A stretch of DNA of 64,000 nt, taken from the human T2T-CHM13v2.0 reference genome, Homo sapiens. A model generated the notes under the pieces. That model was not told where the DNA came from. It did no database searches and saw only the letters and a list, made by a program, of their open reading frames with translations. The position numbers were made by a program, and so were the translations under genes. Location of the stretch: NCBI RefSeq assembly GCF_009914755.1, contig NC_060933.1; one strand, written 5' to 3'. Numbering within the stretch: position 1 is the first letter of the stretch; the number at the start of each line of letters is the position of its first letter. This document shows positions 41,501-54,100 of the stretch, in pieces.

Positions 41501-44500
41501 TGCATTCCATTCCATTCCTTTCCATTACATTACGGATGATTCCATTCCATTGCATTCTATTCCATTCCATTCCCCTGTACTCGGGTTGATTCCATTCCAT
41601 TACATTCCAATCCATGCCATTCCACTCGTATTGATTCCATTCTTTCCATTCCGTGCAAGTTGAATCCATTCCATTGCATTCCATTCCATTCGATTCCATT
41701 CGATTTCACTCGGGTTGATTCCATTCCATTGCATTCCATTCCATTCCATTCCATTCCATTCCGTTCCATTCCATTCCATTACATTCGGATTGATTCTATT
41801 CAACTCCCTTACTCTCCATTACATTCCATTCCATTCGGGTTGTTCCATTCCATTCCATTCCATTCCACTCCATTCCATTGGACTCGGGTTGATTCCATTC
41901 CATTCCATTCCATTCCATTCCATTCCATTCCGGAAGATTCCATTCCATTGCATTCCATTCCATTCCATTCCCCTGCACTCGCGTTGATTCCATTCTATTC
42001 CATTCTATTCCATTCCATTCCCTTCCTTTCCGTTCCATTCCATTCCATTCCATTCCATTCCATTCCGTTCCGTTCCGTTCCGTTCCGTTCCATTCCATTC
42101 CATTCCATTCTATTCGGGTTAATTCCATTCCATTCCATTCGATTGCAATCGAGTTGATTCCATTCCGTTCCATTCCAATCCATTCCATTCCATTCCATTC
42201 CTTTCCATTCCATTACGGATGATTCCATTCCATTGCATTCCATTCCATTCCATTCCCCTGTACTCGGGTTGATTCCATTCCATTCCATTCCAATCCATGC
42301 TCTTCCACTCGTGTTGATTCCATTATTTCCATTCCATTCTAGTTGAATCCATTCTATTGCATTCCATTCCATTCGATTCCATTTGATTGCACTCGGGTTG
42401 ATTCCATTCCATTGCATTCCATTCCATTCCATTCCATTCCATTCCGTTCCATTCCATTCCATTACATTCGGATTGATTCTATTCAACTCCCTTACACTCC
42501 ATTACATTCGATTCCATTAGGGTTGTTCCATTCCATTCCATTCCATTCCACTCCATTCCATTGCACTCGGGTTGATTCCATTACATTCCATTCCATTCCG
42601 GAAGATTGCATTCCATTGCATTCCATTACATTCCATTCCCCTGCACTCGCGTTGATTCCATTCCTTTCCATTCCATTCCATTCCATTCCATTCCGTTCCG
42701 TTCCATTCCATTCCATTCCATTCCATTTCATTCCGTTCCGTTCCATTCCATTCCATTTCATTCTATTCGGGTTAATTGCATTCCATTCCATTCGACTGCC
42801 ATCGAGTTGATTCCATTCCATTCCATTCCATTCCATTCCATTCCATTCCATTCCATTCTATTCCATTCCATTGCAATCGAGTTGAATCCATTGCCTTTCA
42901 TTCCATTCCATTCCATTCCATTCCAATCCATTCCGGAAGATTCCATTCCATTACATTCCATTCCATTCCATTCCCCTGCACTAGCGTTGATTCCATTCCA
43001 TTCCATTCCATTCCGTTCCGTTCCATTCCATTCCATTCCATTGCATTCCATTCCGTTCCGTTCCATTCCATTCCATTCCATTCTATTCGGGTTAATTCCA
43101 TTCCATTCCATTCGATTGCCATCGAGTTGATTCCATTCCATTCCATTCCATTCCATTCCATTCCATTCCTTTCCATTCCATTACGGATGACTCCATTCCA
43201 TTGCTTTCCATTCCATTCCATTCCCCTGTACTCGGGTTAATTCCATTCCATTCCATTCCACTCCATTCGGTTCCGTTGCATTCCCTTTTATTGCATTCCG
43301 TTATATTCGGGTTAATTCCATTCTATTCTATTCCATTCCATTCCATTCCATTCCATTGCAATGGAGTTGATTCCATTCCATTCCTTTCCACTTCATTCCA
43401 TTGCAATCCATTCCAATCCATTCCATTCCATTCCATTCCACTCGAGTTGACTTCATTCCATTCCTTTCCATTCCATTCCATTCCTTTCCACTCGAGTTCA
43501 TTCCATTCCATTCCAATCCATTGCATTCCATTCCATGCCATTCCACTCGGGTTGATTCCATTCCTTTGCATTCCATTCCATTCCATTCCATTGCATTCCA
43601 TTCCATTCCATTCCGTTGCATTCCATTCCATTACATTCGGATTGATTCTATTCAACTCCCTTACTCTCCATTACATTCCATTCCATTCGGGTTGTTCCAT
43701 TCCATTCCATTCCATTCCACTCCATTCCATTGCACTCGGGTTGATTCCATTCCATTCCATTCCATTCCATTCCATTCCGGATGATTCCATTCCATTGCAT
43801 TCCGTTCCAATACATTCCCCTGCACTCGCGTTGATTCCATTCCATTCCATTCCATTCCATTCAATTCCATTCCATTACAATTCGTTCCATTCCATTCTAT
43901 TCCGTACCATTCCATTCCTTTCCATACCATTCCATTCCATTCCATTCCATTCCATTCCGTTCCATTCCGTTCCATTCCATTCCATTCCATTCTATTCGGG
44001 TTAATTCCATTCCATTCCATTCCATTCCATTCCATTCCATTCCGGAAGATTCCATTCCATTGCATTCCATTCCATTCCATTCCCCTGCACTCGCGTTGAT
44101 TCCATTCCTTTCCATTCCATTCCATTCCATTCCATTCCGTTCCGTTCCATTCCATTCCATTCCATTCCATTCCGTTCCGTTCCATTCCATTCCATTCCAT
44201 TCTATTCTGATTTATTCCATTCCATTCCATTCGATTGCAATCGTGTTGATTCCATTCCATTCCATTCCATTCCATTCCATTCCATTCCATTCCATTCCAT
44301 TCCATTCCTTTCCATTCCATTACGGATGATTCCATTCTATTGCATTCCATTCCATTCCATTCCCCTGTTAATTCCATTCCATTAAAGTTGAATCCATTCC
44401 ATTGCATTCCATTCCATTCCATTCCCCTGCAGTCGGTTTGATTCCATTCCATTCCATTCCATTCCATTCCATTCCGTTCCGTTCCGTTCCGTTCCGTTCC

Positions 44501-45649
44501 GTTCCATTCCATTCCATTCCATTCTATTCGGGTTAATTCCATTCCATTCCATTCCATTCCATTCCAATCGAGTTGATTCCATTCCATTCCATTCCATTCC
44601 ATTCCACTCCATTCCAGTCCTTGCCATTCCATTCCACTCGGGTTGATTCCAATGTATTCCTTTCCATTCCATTCCATTCCATTGCAATCGAGTTGATTCC
44701 ATTGCTTTGCATTAAATTCCATTCCATTCCATTCCGGATGATTCCATTCCATTGCATTCCATTCCATTCCATTCCCCTGCACTCGGGTTGATTCCATTCC
44801 ATTCTACTCCATTCCGTTCCATTCCATTCCATTGCATTGTATTCGGGTTAATTGCATTCCATTCCATTCCATTGCATTCCATTCCATTCCATTCCATTAC
44901 ATTACATTCCATTCCATTACAATGGAGTTGATTCCATTCCATTCCATTCCATTCCATTCCATTCCATTCCAGTCCTTTCCATTCCATTCCACTCGGGTTG
45001 ATTCCATTCTATTAGTTTCCATTCCATTCCATTCCTTTCCATTCCACTCTGGTTGATTCCATTCCTTTCCATTCCACTCGAATACATTCCCTCCTATTCC
45101 ACTCGGAACGATTCCATTCCATTCCATTCCATTCCATTCCATTCCATTCCATTCCTTTCCATTCCAGTTCGTTCCATTCCGTTCTATTCCGTACCATTCC
45201 ATTCCATTCAATTCCTTTCCATTCCATTCCTTTCCACTCGTGTTGATTCCATTCCTTTCCATTCCATTCGGTTTGAAGGCATTCCATTCCATTCAATTCC
45301 ATTCCATTCCATTCTATTCCATTCCATTGCAATCGAGTTGAATCCATTGCCTTTCATTCCATTCCATTCCATTCCATTCCGGAAGATTCCATTCCATTGC
45401 ATTCCATTCCATTCCATTCCCCTGCACTCGAGTTGATTCCATTCCATTCCATTCCATTCCATTCCGTTCCGTTCCATTCCATTCCATTCCATTCCATTCC
45501 ATTCCATTCCGTTCCGTTCCATTCCATTCCATTCCATTCTATTCGGGTTAATTCCATTCCATTCCATTCGATTGCCATCGAGTTGTTTCCATTCCATTCC
45601 ATTCTATTCCATTCCATTCCATTCCATTCCATTCCTTTCCATTCCATTA

Positions 45650-47915
45650 CGGATGACTCCATTCCATTGCATTCCCTTCCATTCCATTCCCCTGTACTCG
45701 GGTTGATTCCATTCCATTCCATTCCACTCCATTCGGTTCCGTTGCATTCCATTCTATTGCATTCCATCTATTCGGGTTAATTCCATTCCATTCTATTCCA
45801 TTCCATTCCATTCCATTCCATTGCAATGGAGTTGATTCCATTCCATTCCATTCCATTCCGGATGATTCCATTGCATTGCATTCCATTCCATTCCATTCCC
45901 CTGCACTCGTGTTGATTCCATTCCCTTCCATTCCATTCCATTCTGTTCCATTCCATTCCATTCCATTCTCTTCCGGTTAAATCCATTCCATTCCATTCCA
46001 TTCCATTCCATTGCAATCGAGTTGATTCCATTCCATTCCTTTCCATTCCATTCCATTGCCTTGCATTCCACTCGGGTTGATTCCATTCCCTTCTTTCCAC
46101 TCCATTACATTCCCTTCCATTCCTCTCGGTATGATTGATTCCATTCCATTCCATTCCATTTCATTCCATTGCAATCCATTCCAATCCATTCCATTCCATT
46201 CCATTCCACTCGAGTTGACTTCATTCCATTCCTTTCCATTCCATTCCATTCCTTTCCACTCGAGTTGATTCCATTCCATTCCAATCCATTGCAATCCATT
46301 CCATGCCATTCCACTCGGGTTGATTCCATTCCTTTGCATTCCATTCCATTCCATTCCATTGCATTCCATTCCATTCCATTCCGTTGCATTCCCTTCCATT
46401 ACATTCGGATTGATTCTATTCAACTCCCTTATTCTCCATTACATTCCATTCCATTCGGGTTGTTCCATTCCATTCCATTCCATTCCACTCCATTCCATTG
46501 CCCACGGGTTGATTCCATTCCATTCCATTCCATTCCATTCCATTCCGGATGACTCCATTCCATTGCATTCCGTTCCATTACATTCCCCTGCACTCGGGTT
46601 GATACCATTCCATTCCATTCCATTCCATTCCATTCCATTCCATTCCGGATGATTCCATTCCATTGCATTCCATTCCATTCCATTCCCCTGCACTCGGGTT
46701 GATTACATTCCATTTCTTTCCCTTCCATTCCTTTCCATTCCATTCCATTCCATTCTATTCTGGTGAATTCCATTCCATTCCATTCCATTCCATTCCATTC
46801 CATTCCATTCCATTGCAATCGAGTTGATTCCATTCCATTCCATTCCATTCCGTTCCGGATGATTCCATTCCATTCCATTCCATTCCCCTGCAGTCGGGTT
46901 GATTCCATTCCATTCCTTTCCATTCCATTCCATTCCATTCCATTCCATTCCGTTCCGTTCCATTCCGTTCCATTCCATTCCATTCCATTCTATTCGGGTT
47001 AATTCCATTCCGTTCCATTCCATTCCATTCCATTCCGGAAGATTCCATTCCATTGCATTCCATTCCATTCCATTCCCCTGCACTCGCGTTGATTCCATTC
47101 CATTCCATTCCATTCCATTCCATTCCATTCCGTTCCGTTCCATTCCATTCCATTCCATTCCATTCCATTCCATTCCGTTCCGTTCCATTCCATTCCATTC
47201 CATTCTATTCGGGTTAATTCCATTCCATTCCATTCGATTGCAATCGTGTTGATTCCATTCCATTCCATTCCATTCCATTCCATTCCATTCCTTTCCATTC
47301 CATTACGGATGATTCCATTCTATTGCATTCCATTCCATTCCATTCCCCTGTACTCCGGTTGATTCCATTCCCTTGCATTCCAATCCATGCCCTTCCACTC
47401 GTGTTGATTCCATTCTTTCCATTCCATTCAAGTTGAATCCATTCCATTGCATTCCATTCCATTCGATTCCATTCGATTGCACTCGGGTTGATTCCATTCC
47501 ATTGCATTCCATTCCATTCCATTCCATTCCATTCCGTTCCATTCCATTCCATTACATTCGGATTGATTCTATTCAATTCCCTTACAATCCATTACATTCC
47601 ATTCCATTCGGGTAGTTTCCATTCCATTCCATTCCATTCCTCTCCATTCCATTGCACTCGGGTTGATTCCATTCCATTCCATTCCATTCCATTCCATTCA
47701 ATTCCATTCCGTTCCATTCCATTCCATTACATTCGGATTGATTCTATTCAACTCCCTTACTCTCCATTACATTCCATTCCGTTCGGGTTGCTCCATTCCA
47801 TTCCATTCCATTCCACTCCATTCCATTGCACTCGGGTTTATTCCATTCCATTCCATTCCATTCCATTCCATTCCATTCCATTCCGGAAGATTCCATTCCA
47901 TTGCATTCCATTCCA
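45650..47915 (+). repeat. ~2.3-kb direct duplication, copy 1 (partner ~48774-51155)
   Basis: Private variants in both copies: 1-bp deletion ATTCCATCTATTCGGG, CTCTTCCGGTTAAAT, CTCTCGGTATG (46128/49252), TTGCCCACGGG, TACTCCGGTT, CTTACAATCC, GGGTTGCTCC. ORF offsets are 3124, then 3244. Confidence 0.9.
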
Positions 47916-47925
47916 TTCCATTCCC

Positions 47926-48790
47926 CTGCAATCGTGTTGATTCCATTCCATTCCACTCCATTCCGTTCCATTCCATTCCATTCCATTGTATTCGGGTTAA
48001 TTCCATTCCATTACATTCCATTCCATTCCATTGCATTCCATTCCATTACAATCGAGTTGATTCCATTCCATTCAATTCCATTCCATTCCATTCCATTCCA
48101 GTCCTTTCCATTCCATTCCACTCGGGTTGATTCCATTCTATTAGTTTCCATTCCATTCAATTCCCTTCCATTCCACTCTGGTGGATTCCATTCCTTTCCA
48201 TTCCACTCGAATACATTCCCTCCTATTCCACTCGGAACGATTCCATTCCATTCTATTCCATTCCATTCCATTCCATTCCATTTCATTCCAGTTCGTTCCA
48301 TTCCATTCTATTCCGTACCATTCCATTCCATTCCATTCCTTTCCATTCCATTCCTTTCCACTCGTGTTGATTCCATTCCTTTCCATTCCATTCGGTTTGA
48401 AGGCATTCCATTCCATTCAATTCCATTCCATTCCATTCAATTCCATTCCATTCTATTCCATTCAATTGCAATCGAGTTGAATCCATTGCGTTTCATTCCA
48501 TTCCATTCCATTCCATTCCATTCCGGAAGATTCCATTCCATTACATTCCATTCCATTCCATTCCCCTGCACTCGCGTTGATTCCATTCCATTCCATTCCA
48601 TTCCATTCCGTTCCATTCCATTCCATTCCATTCCATTCCATTCCGTTCCGTTCCATTCCATTCCATTCCATTCTATTCGGGTTAATTCCATTCCATTCCA
48701 TTCGATTGCCATCGAGTTGATTCCATTCCATTCCATTCCATTCCATTCCATTCCATTCCTTTCCATTCCATTACGGATGACTCCATTCCA
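47926..48790 (+). repeat. ~0.85-kb segment duplicated at +6995 bp (partner ~54921-55780)
   Basis: CTGCAATCGTG 47926/54921, CTCTGGTGGA 48176/55171 and TTGCGTTTCA 48486/55481, all at offset 6995. Confidence 0.88.
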
Positions 48791-51155
48791 TTGCTTTCCC
48801 TTCCATTCCATTCCCCTGTACTCGGGTTGATTCCTTTCCATTCCATTCCACTCCATTCCGTTCCGTTGCATTCCATTCTATTGCATTCCATCTATTCGGG
48901 TTAATTCCATTCCATTCTATTCCATTCCATTCCATTCCATTCCATTGCAATGGAGTTGATTCCATTCCATTCCATTCCATTCCGGATGATTCCATTGCAT
49001 TGCATTCCATTCCATTCCATTCCCCTGCACTCGTGTTGATTCCATTCCCTTCCATTCCATTCCATTCCGTTCCATTCCATTCCATTCCATTCTCTTCCGG
49101 TTAAATCCATTCCATTCCATTCCATTCCATTCCATTGCAATCGAGTTGATTCCATTCCATTCCTTTCCATTCCATTCCATTGCCTTGCATTCCACTCGGG
49201 TTGATTCCATTCCCTTCTTTCCACTCCATTACATTCCCTTCCATTCCTCTCGGTATGATTGATTCCATTCCATTCCATTCCATTTCATTCCATTGCAATC
49301 CATTCCAATCCATTCCATTCCATTCCATTCCACTCGAGTTGACTTCATTCCGTTCCTTTCCATTCCATTCCATTCCTTTCCACTCGAGTTGATTCCATTC
49401 CATTCCAATCCATTGCAATCCATTCCATGCCATTCCACTCGTGTTGATTCCATTCCTTTGCATTCCATTCCATTCCATTCCACTGCATTCCATTCCATTC
49501 CATTCCGTTGCATTCCCTTCCATTACATTCGGATTGATTCTATTCAACTCCCTTATTCTCCATTACATTCCATTCCATTCGGGTTGTTCCATTCCATTCC
49601 ATTCCATTCCACTCCATTCCATTGCCCACGGGTTGATTCCATTCCATTCCATTCCATTCCATTCCATTCCGGATGACTCCATTCCATTGCATTCCGTTCC
49701 ATTACATTCCCCTGCACTCGGGTTGATACCATTCCATTCCATTCCATTCCATTCCATTCCGGATGATTCCATTCCATTGCATTCTATTCCATTCCATTCC
49801 CCTGCACTCGGGTTGATTACATTCCATTTCTTTCCCTTCCATTCCTTTCCATTCCATTCCATTCCATTCTATTCTGGTGAATTCCATTCCATTCCATTCC
49901 ATTCCATTCCATTCCATTGCAATCGAGTTGATTCCATTCCATTCCATTCCATTCCGTTCCGGATGATTCCATTCCATTCCATTCCATTCCCCTGCAGTCG
50001 GGTTGATTCCAATCCATTCCATTCCATTCTATTCTGGTGAATTCCATTCCATTCCATTCCATTCCATTCCATTCCATTCCATTCCATTGCAATCGAGTTG
50101 ATTCCATTCCATTCCATTCCTTTCCGTTCCGGATTATACCATTCCATTCCATTCCATTCCCCTGCAGTCGGGTTGATTCCAATCCATTCCATTCCATTCC
50201 ATTCCGTTCCGTTCCATTCCGTTCCATTCCATTCCATTCCATTCTATTCGGGTTAATTCCATTCCGTTCCATTCCATTCCATTCCGGAAGATTCCATTCC
50301 ATTGCATTCCATTCCATTCCATTCCCCTGCACTCGCGTTGATTCCATTCCATTCCATTCCATTCCATTACATTCCGTTCCGTTCCATTCCATTCCATTCC
50401 ATTCCATTCCATTCCGTTCCGTTCCGTTCCATTCCATTCCATTCCATTCTATTCGGGTTAATTCCATTCCATTCCATTCGATTGCAATCGTGTTGATTCC
50501 ATTCCATTCCATTCCATTCCATTCCATTCCATTCCTTTCCATTCCATTACGGATGATTCCATTCTATTGCATTCCATTCCATTCCATTCCCCTGTACTCC
50601 GGTTGATTCCATTCCTTTGCATTCCAATCCATGCCCTTCCACTCGTGTTGATTCCATTCTTTCCATTCCATTCAAGTTGAATCCATTCCATTGCATTCCA
50701 TTCCATTCGATTCCATTCGATTGCACTCGGGTTGATTCCATTCCATTGCATTCCATTCCATTCCATTCCATTCCATTCCATTCCATTCCATTACATTCGG
50801 ATTGATTCTATTCAATTCCCTTACAATCCATTACATTCCATTCCATTCGGGTAGTTTCCATTCCATTCCATTCCATTCCTCTCCATTCCATTGCACTCGG
50901 GTTGATTCCATTCCATTGCATTCCATTCCATTCCATTCAATTCCATTCCGTTCCATTCCATTCCATTACATTCGGATTGATTCTATTCAACTCCCTTACT
51001 CTCCATTACATTCCATTCCGTTCGGGTTGCTCCATTCCATTCCATTCCATTCCACTCCATTCCATTGCACTCGGGTTTATTCCATTCCATTCCATTCCAT
51101 TCCATTCCATTCCATTCCATTCCGGAAGATTCCATTCCATTGCATTCCATTCCAT
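48774..51155 (+). repeat. ~2.3-kb direct duplication, copy 2, with an internal ~160-170-bp tandem duplication
   Basis: Same private variants as 45650-47915. ATTCTGGTGAATTCC occurs twice (49871, 50031) where copy 1 has it once (~46757). Confidence 0.9.
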
Positions 51156-54100
51156 TCCAACTCCATGCACTCGCGTTGATTCCATTCCATTCCATTCCTT
51201 TCCATTCCATTCCATTCCCTTCCGTTCCGTTCCGTTCCATTCCATTCCATTCCATTCCATTCCATTCCATTTCATTCCGTTCCGTTGCATTCCATTCCAT
51301 TCCATTCTATTCGGGTTAATTCCATTCCATTCCGTTCGATTGCAATCGTGTTGATTCCATTCCATTCCATTCCATTGCATTCCATTCCATTCCACTCCAT
51401 TCCAGTCCTTTCCATTCCATTCCACTCGGGTTGATTCCAATGTACTCCTTTCCATTGCTTTCCATTCCATTGCAATCGAGTTGATTCCATTGCTTTGCAT
51501 TCCATTCCATTCCATTCCAGATGATTCCATTCCATTGCATTGCATTCCATTCCATTCCCCTGCACTCGGGTTGATTCCATTCCATTCCACTCCATTTCGT
51601 TCCATTCCATTCCATTCCATTGTATTCGGGTTAATTCCATTCCATTCCATTCCATTCCATTCCATTCCATTCCATTCCATTCCATTACAATCGAGTTGAT
51701 TCCATTCCATTCCATTCCATTCCAGTCCTTTCCATTCCATTCCACTCGGGTTGATTCCATTCTATTAGTTTCCATTCCATTCCATTCCCTTCCATTCCAC
51801 TCTGGTTGCTTCCAATCCCTTGCATTCCACTCGAATACATTCCCTCCTATTCCACTCGGAACGATTCCATTCCATTCCAATCCATTCCATTCCATTCCAT
51901 TCCATTCCATTCCATTTCGTTCCATTCCATTCCATTCCGTATCATTCCATTCCATTCCATTCCATTCCATTCCATTCCATTCCATTGTACTCGGGTTGAT
52001 TCCATTCCATTGCATTCCATTCCATTCCATTCCATTCCATTCCGTTGCATTCCATTCCATTACATTCGGATTGATTCTATTAAACTCCCTTACTCTCCAT
52101 TACATTCCATTCCATTCGGGTTGTTCCATTCCATTCCATTCCATTCCACTCCATTCCATTGCACTCGGGTTGATTCCATTCCATTCCATTCCATTCCATT
52201 CCATTTAATTCCATTCCATTACAATTCGTTCCATTCCATTCTATTCCGTACCATTCCATTCCATTCCATACCATTCCATTCCATTCCATTCCATTCCATT
52301 CCGTTCCATTCCGTTCCATTCCATTCCATTCCATTCTATTCGGGTTAATTCCATTCCATTCCATTCCATTCCATTCTATTCCATTCCATTGCAATCGAGT
52401 TGAATCCATTGCATTTCATTCCATTCCATTCCATTCCATTCCATAACGGAAGTTTCCATTCCATTGAATTCCATTCCATTCCATTCCCCTACACTCGCGT
52501 TGAATCCACTCCATTCCATTCCATTCAATTCCGTTCCGTTCCATTCCATTCCATTACATTCCGTTCCGTTCCATTCCATTCCATTCCATTCTATTCGGGT
52601 TAATTCCATTCCATTCCATTCGATTGCAATCGAGTTGATTCCATTCCATTCCATTCCATTCCATTCCATTCCATTCCATTCCTTTCCATTCCATTACGGA
52701 TGATTCCATTCCATTGCATTCCATTCCATTCCATTCCCCTGTACTCGGGTTGATTCCGTTCCATTCCATTCCAATCCATGCCATTCAACTCGTGTTGATT
52801 CCATTCTTTCCATTCCATTCAAGTTGAATCCATTGCATTGCATTCCATTCAATTCGATTCCATTCGATTGCACTCGGGTTGATTCCATTCCATTGCATTC
52901 CATTCCATTCCATTCCATTCCATTCCGTTCCGTTCCATTCCATTCCATTACATTCGGATTGATTCTATTCAATTCCCTTACACTCCATTACATTCCATTC
53001 CATTCGGGTAGTTTCCATTCCATTCCATTCCATTCCTCTCCATTCCATTGCACTCGGGTTGATTCCATTCCATTGCATTCCATTCCATTCCATTCCATTC
53101 AATTCCATTCCGTTCCATTCCATTCCATTACATTCGGATTGATTCTATTCAACTCCCTTACTCTCCATTCCATTCCATTCCATTCGGGTTGTTCCATTCC
53201 ATTCCATTCCATTCCACTCCATTCCATTGCACTCGGGTTGATTCCATTCCATTCCATTACATTCCATTCCATTCCATTCCATTCTATTACAATCGAGTTG
53301 ATTCCATTCCATTCCATTCCATTCCAGTCCTTTCCATTCCATTCCACTCGGGTTGATTCCATTCTATTAGCTTCCATTCCATTCGATTCCCTTCCATTCC
53401 ACTCTGGTTGATTCCATTCCTTTCCATTCCACTCGAATACATTCCCTCCTATTCCACTCGGAACGATTCCATTCCATTCCATTCCATTCCATTCCATTCC
53501 ATTCCATTCCGTTCCATTCCATTCTATTCCGTATCATTCCATTCCATTCCATTCCATTCCATTCCATTCCATTGTACTCGGGTTGATTCCATTCCATTGC
53601 ATTCCATTCCATTCCATTCCATTCCATTCCATTCCATTCCATTCCATTCGGTTCCATTCCATTACATTCGGATTGATTCTTTTCAACTCCCTTACTCTCC
53701 ATTCCATTCCATTCCATTCGGATTGATTCTATTCATCTCCCTTACTCTCCATTTCATTCCATTCCATTAGGGTTGTTCCATTCCATTCCATTCCATTCCA
53801 CTCCATTCCATTGCACTCGGGTTGATTCCATTCCATTCCATTCCATTCCATTCCATTCCGGATGATTCCATTCCATTGCATTCCGTTCCATTACATTCCC
53901 GTGCACTCGCGTTGATTCCATTCCATTCCATTCCATTCCTTTCAATTCCATTCCATTACAATTCGTTCCATTCCATTCTATTCCGTACCATTCCATTCCA
54001 TTCCATTCCATACCATTTCATTCCATTCCATTCCATTCCATTCCGTTCCATTCCGTTCCATTCCATTCCATTCCATTCTATTCGAATTAATTCCATTCAA

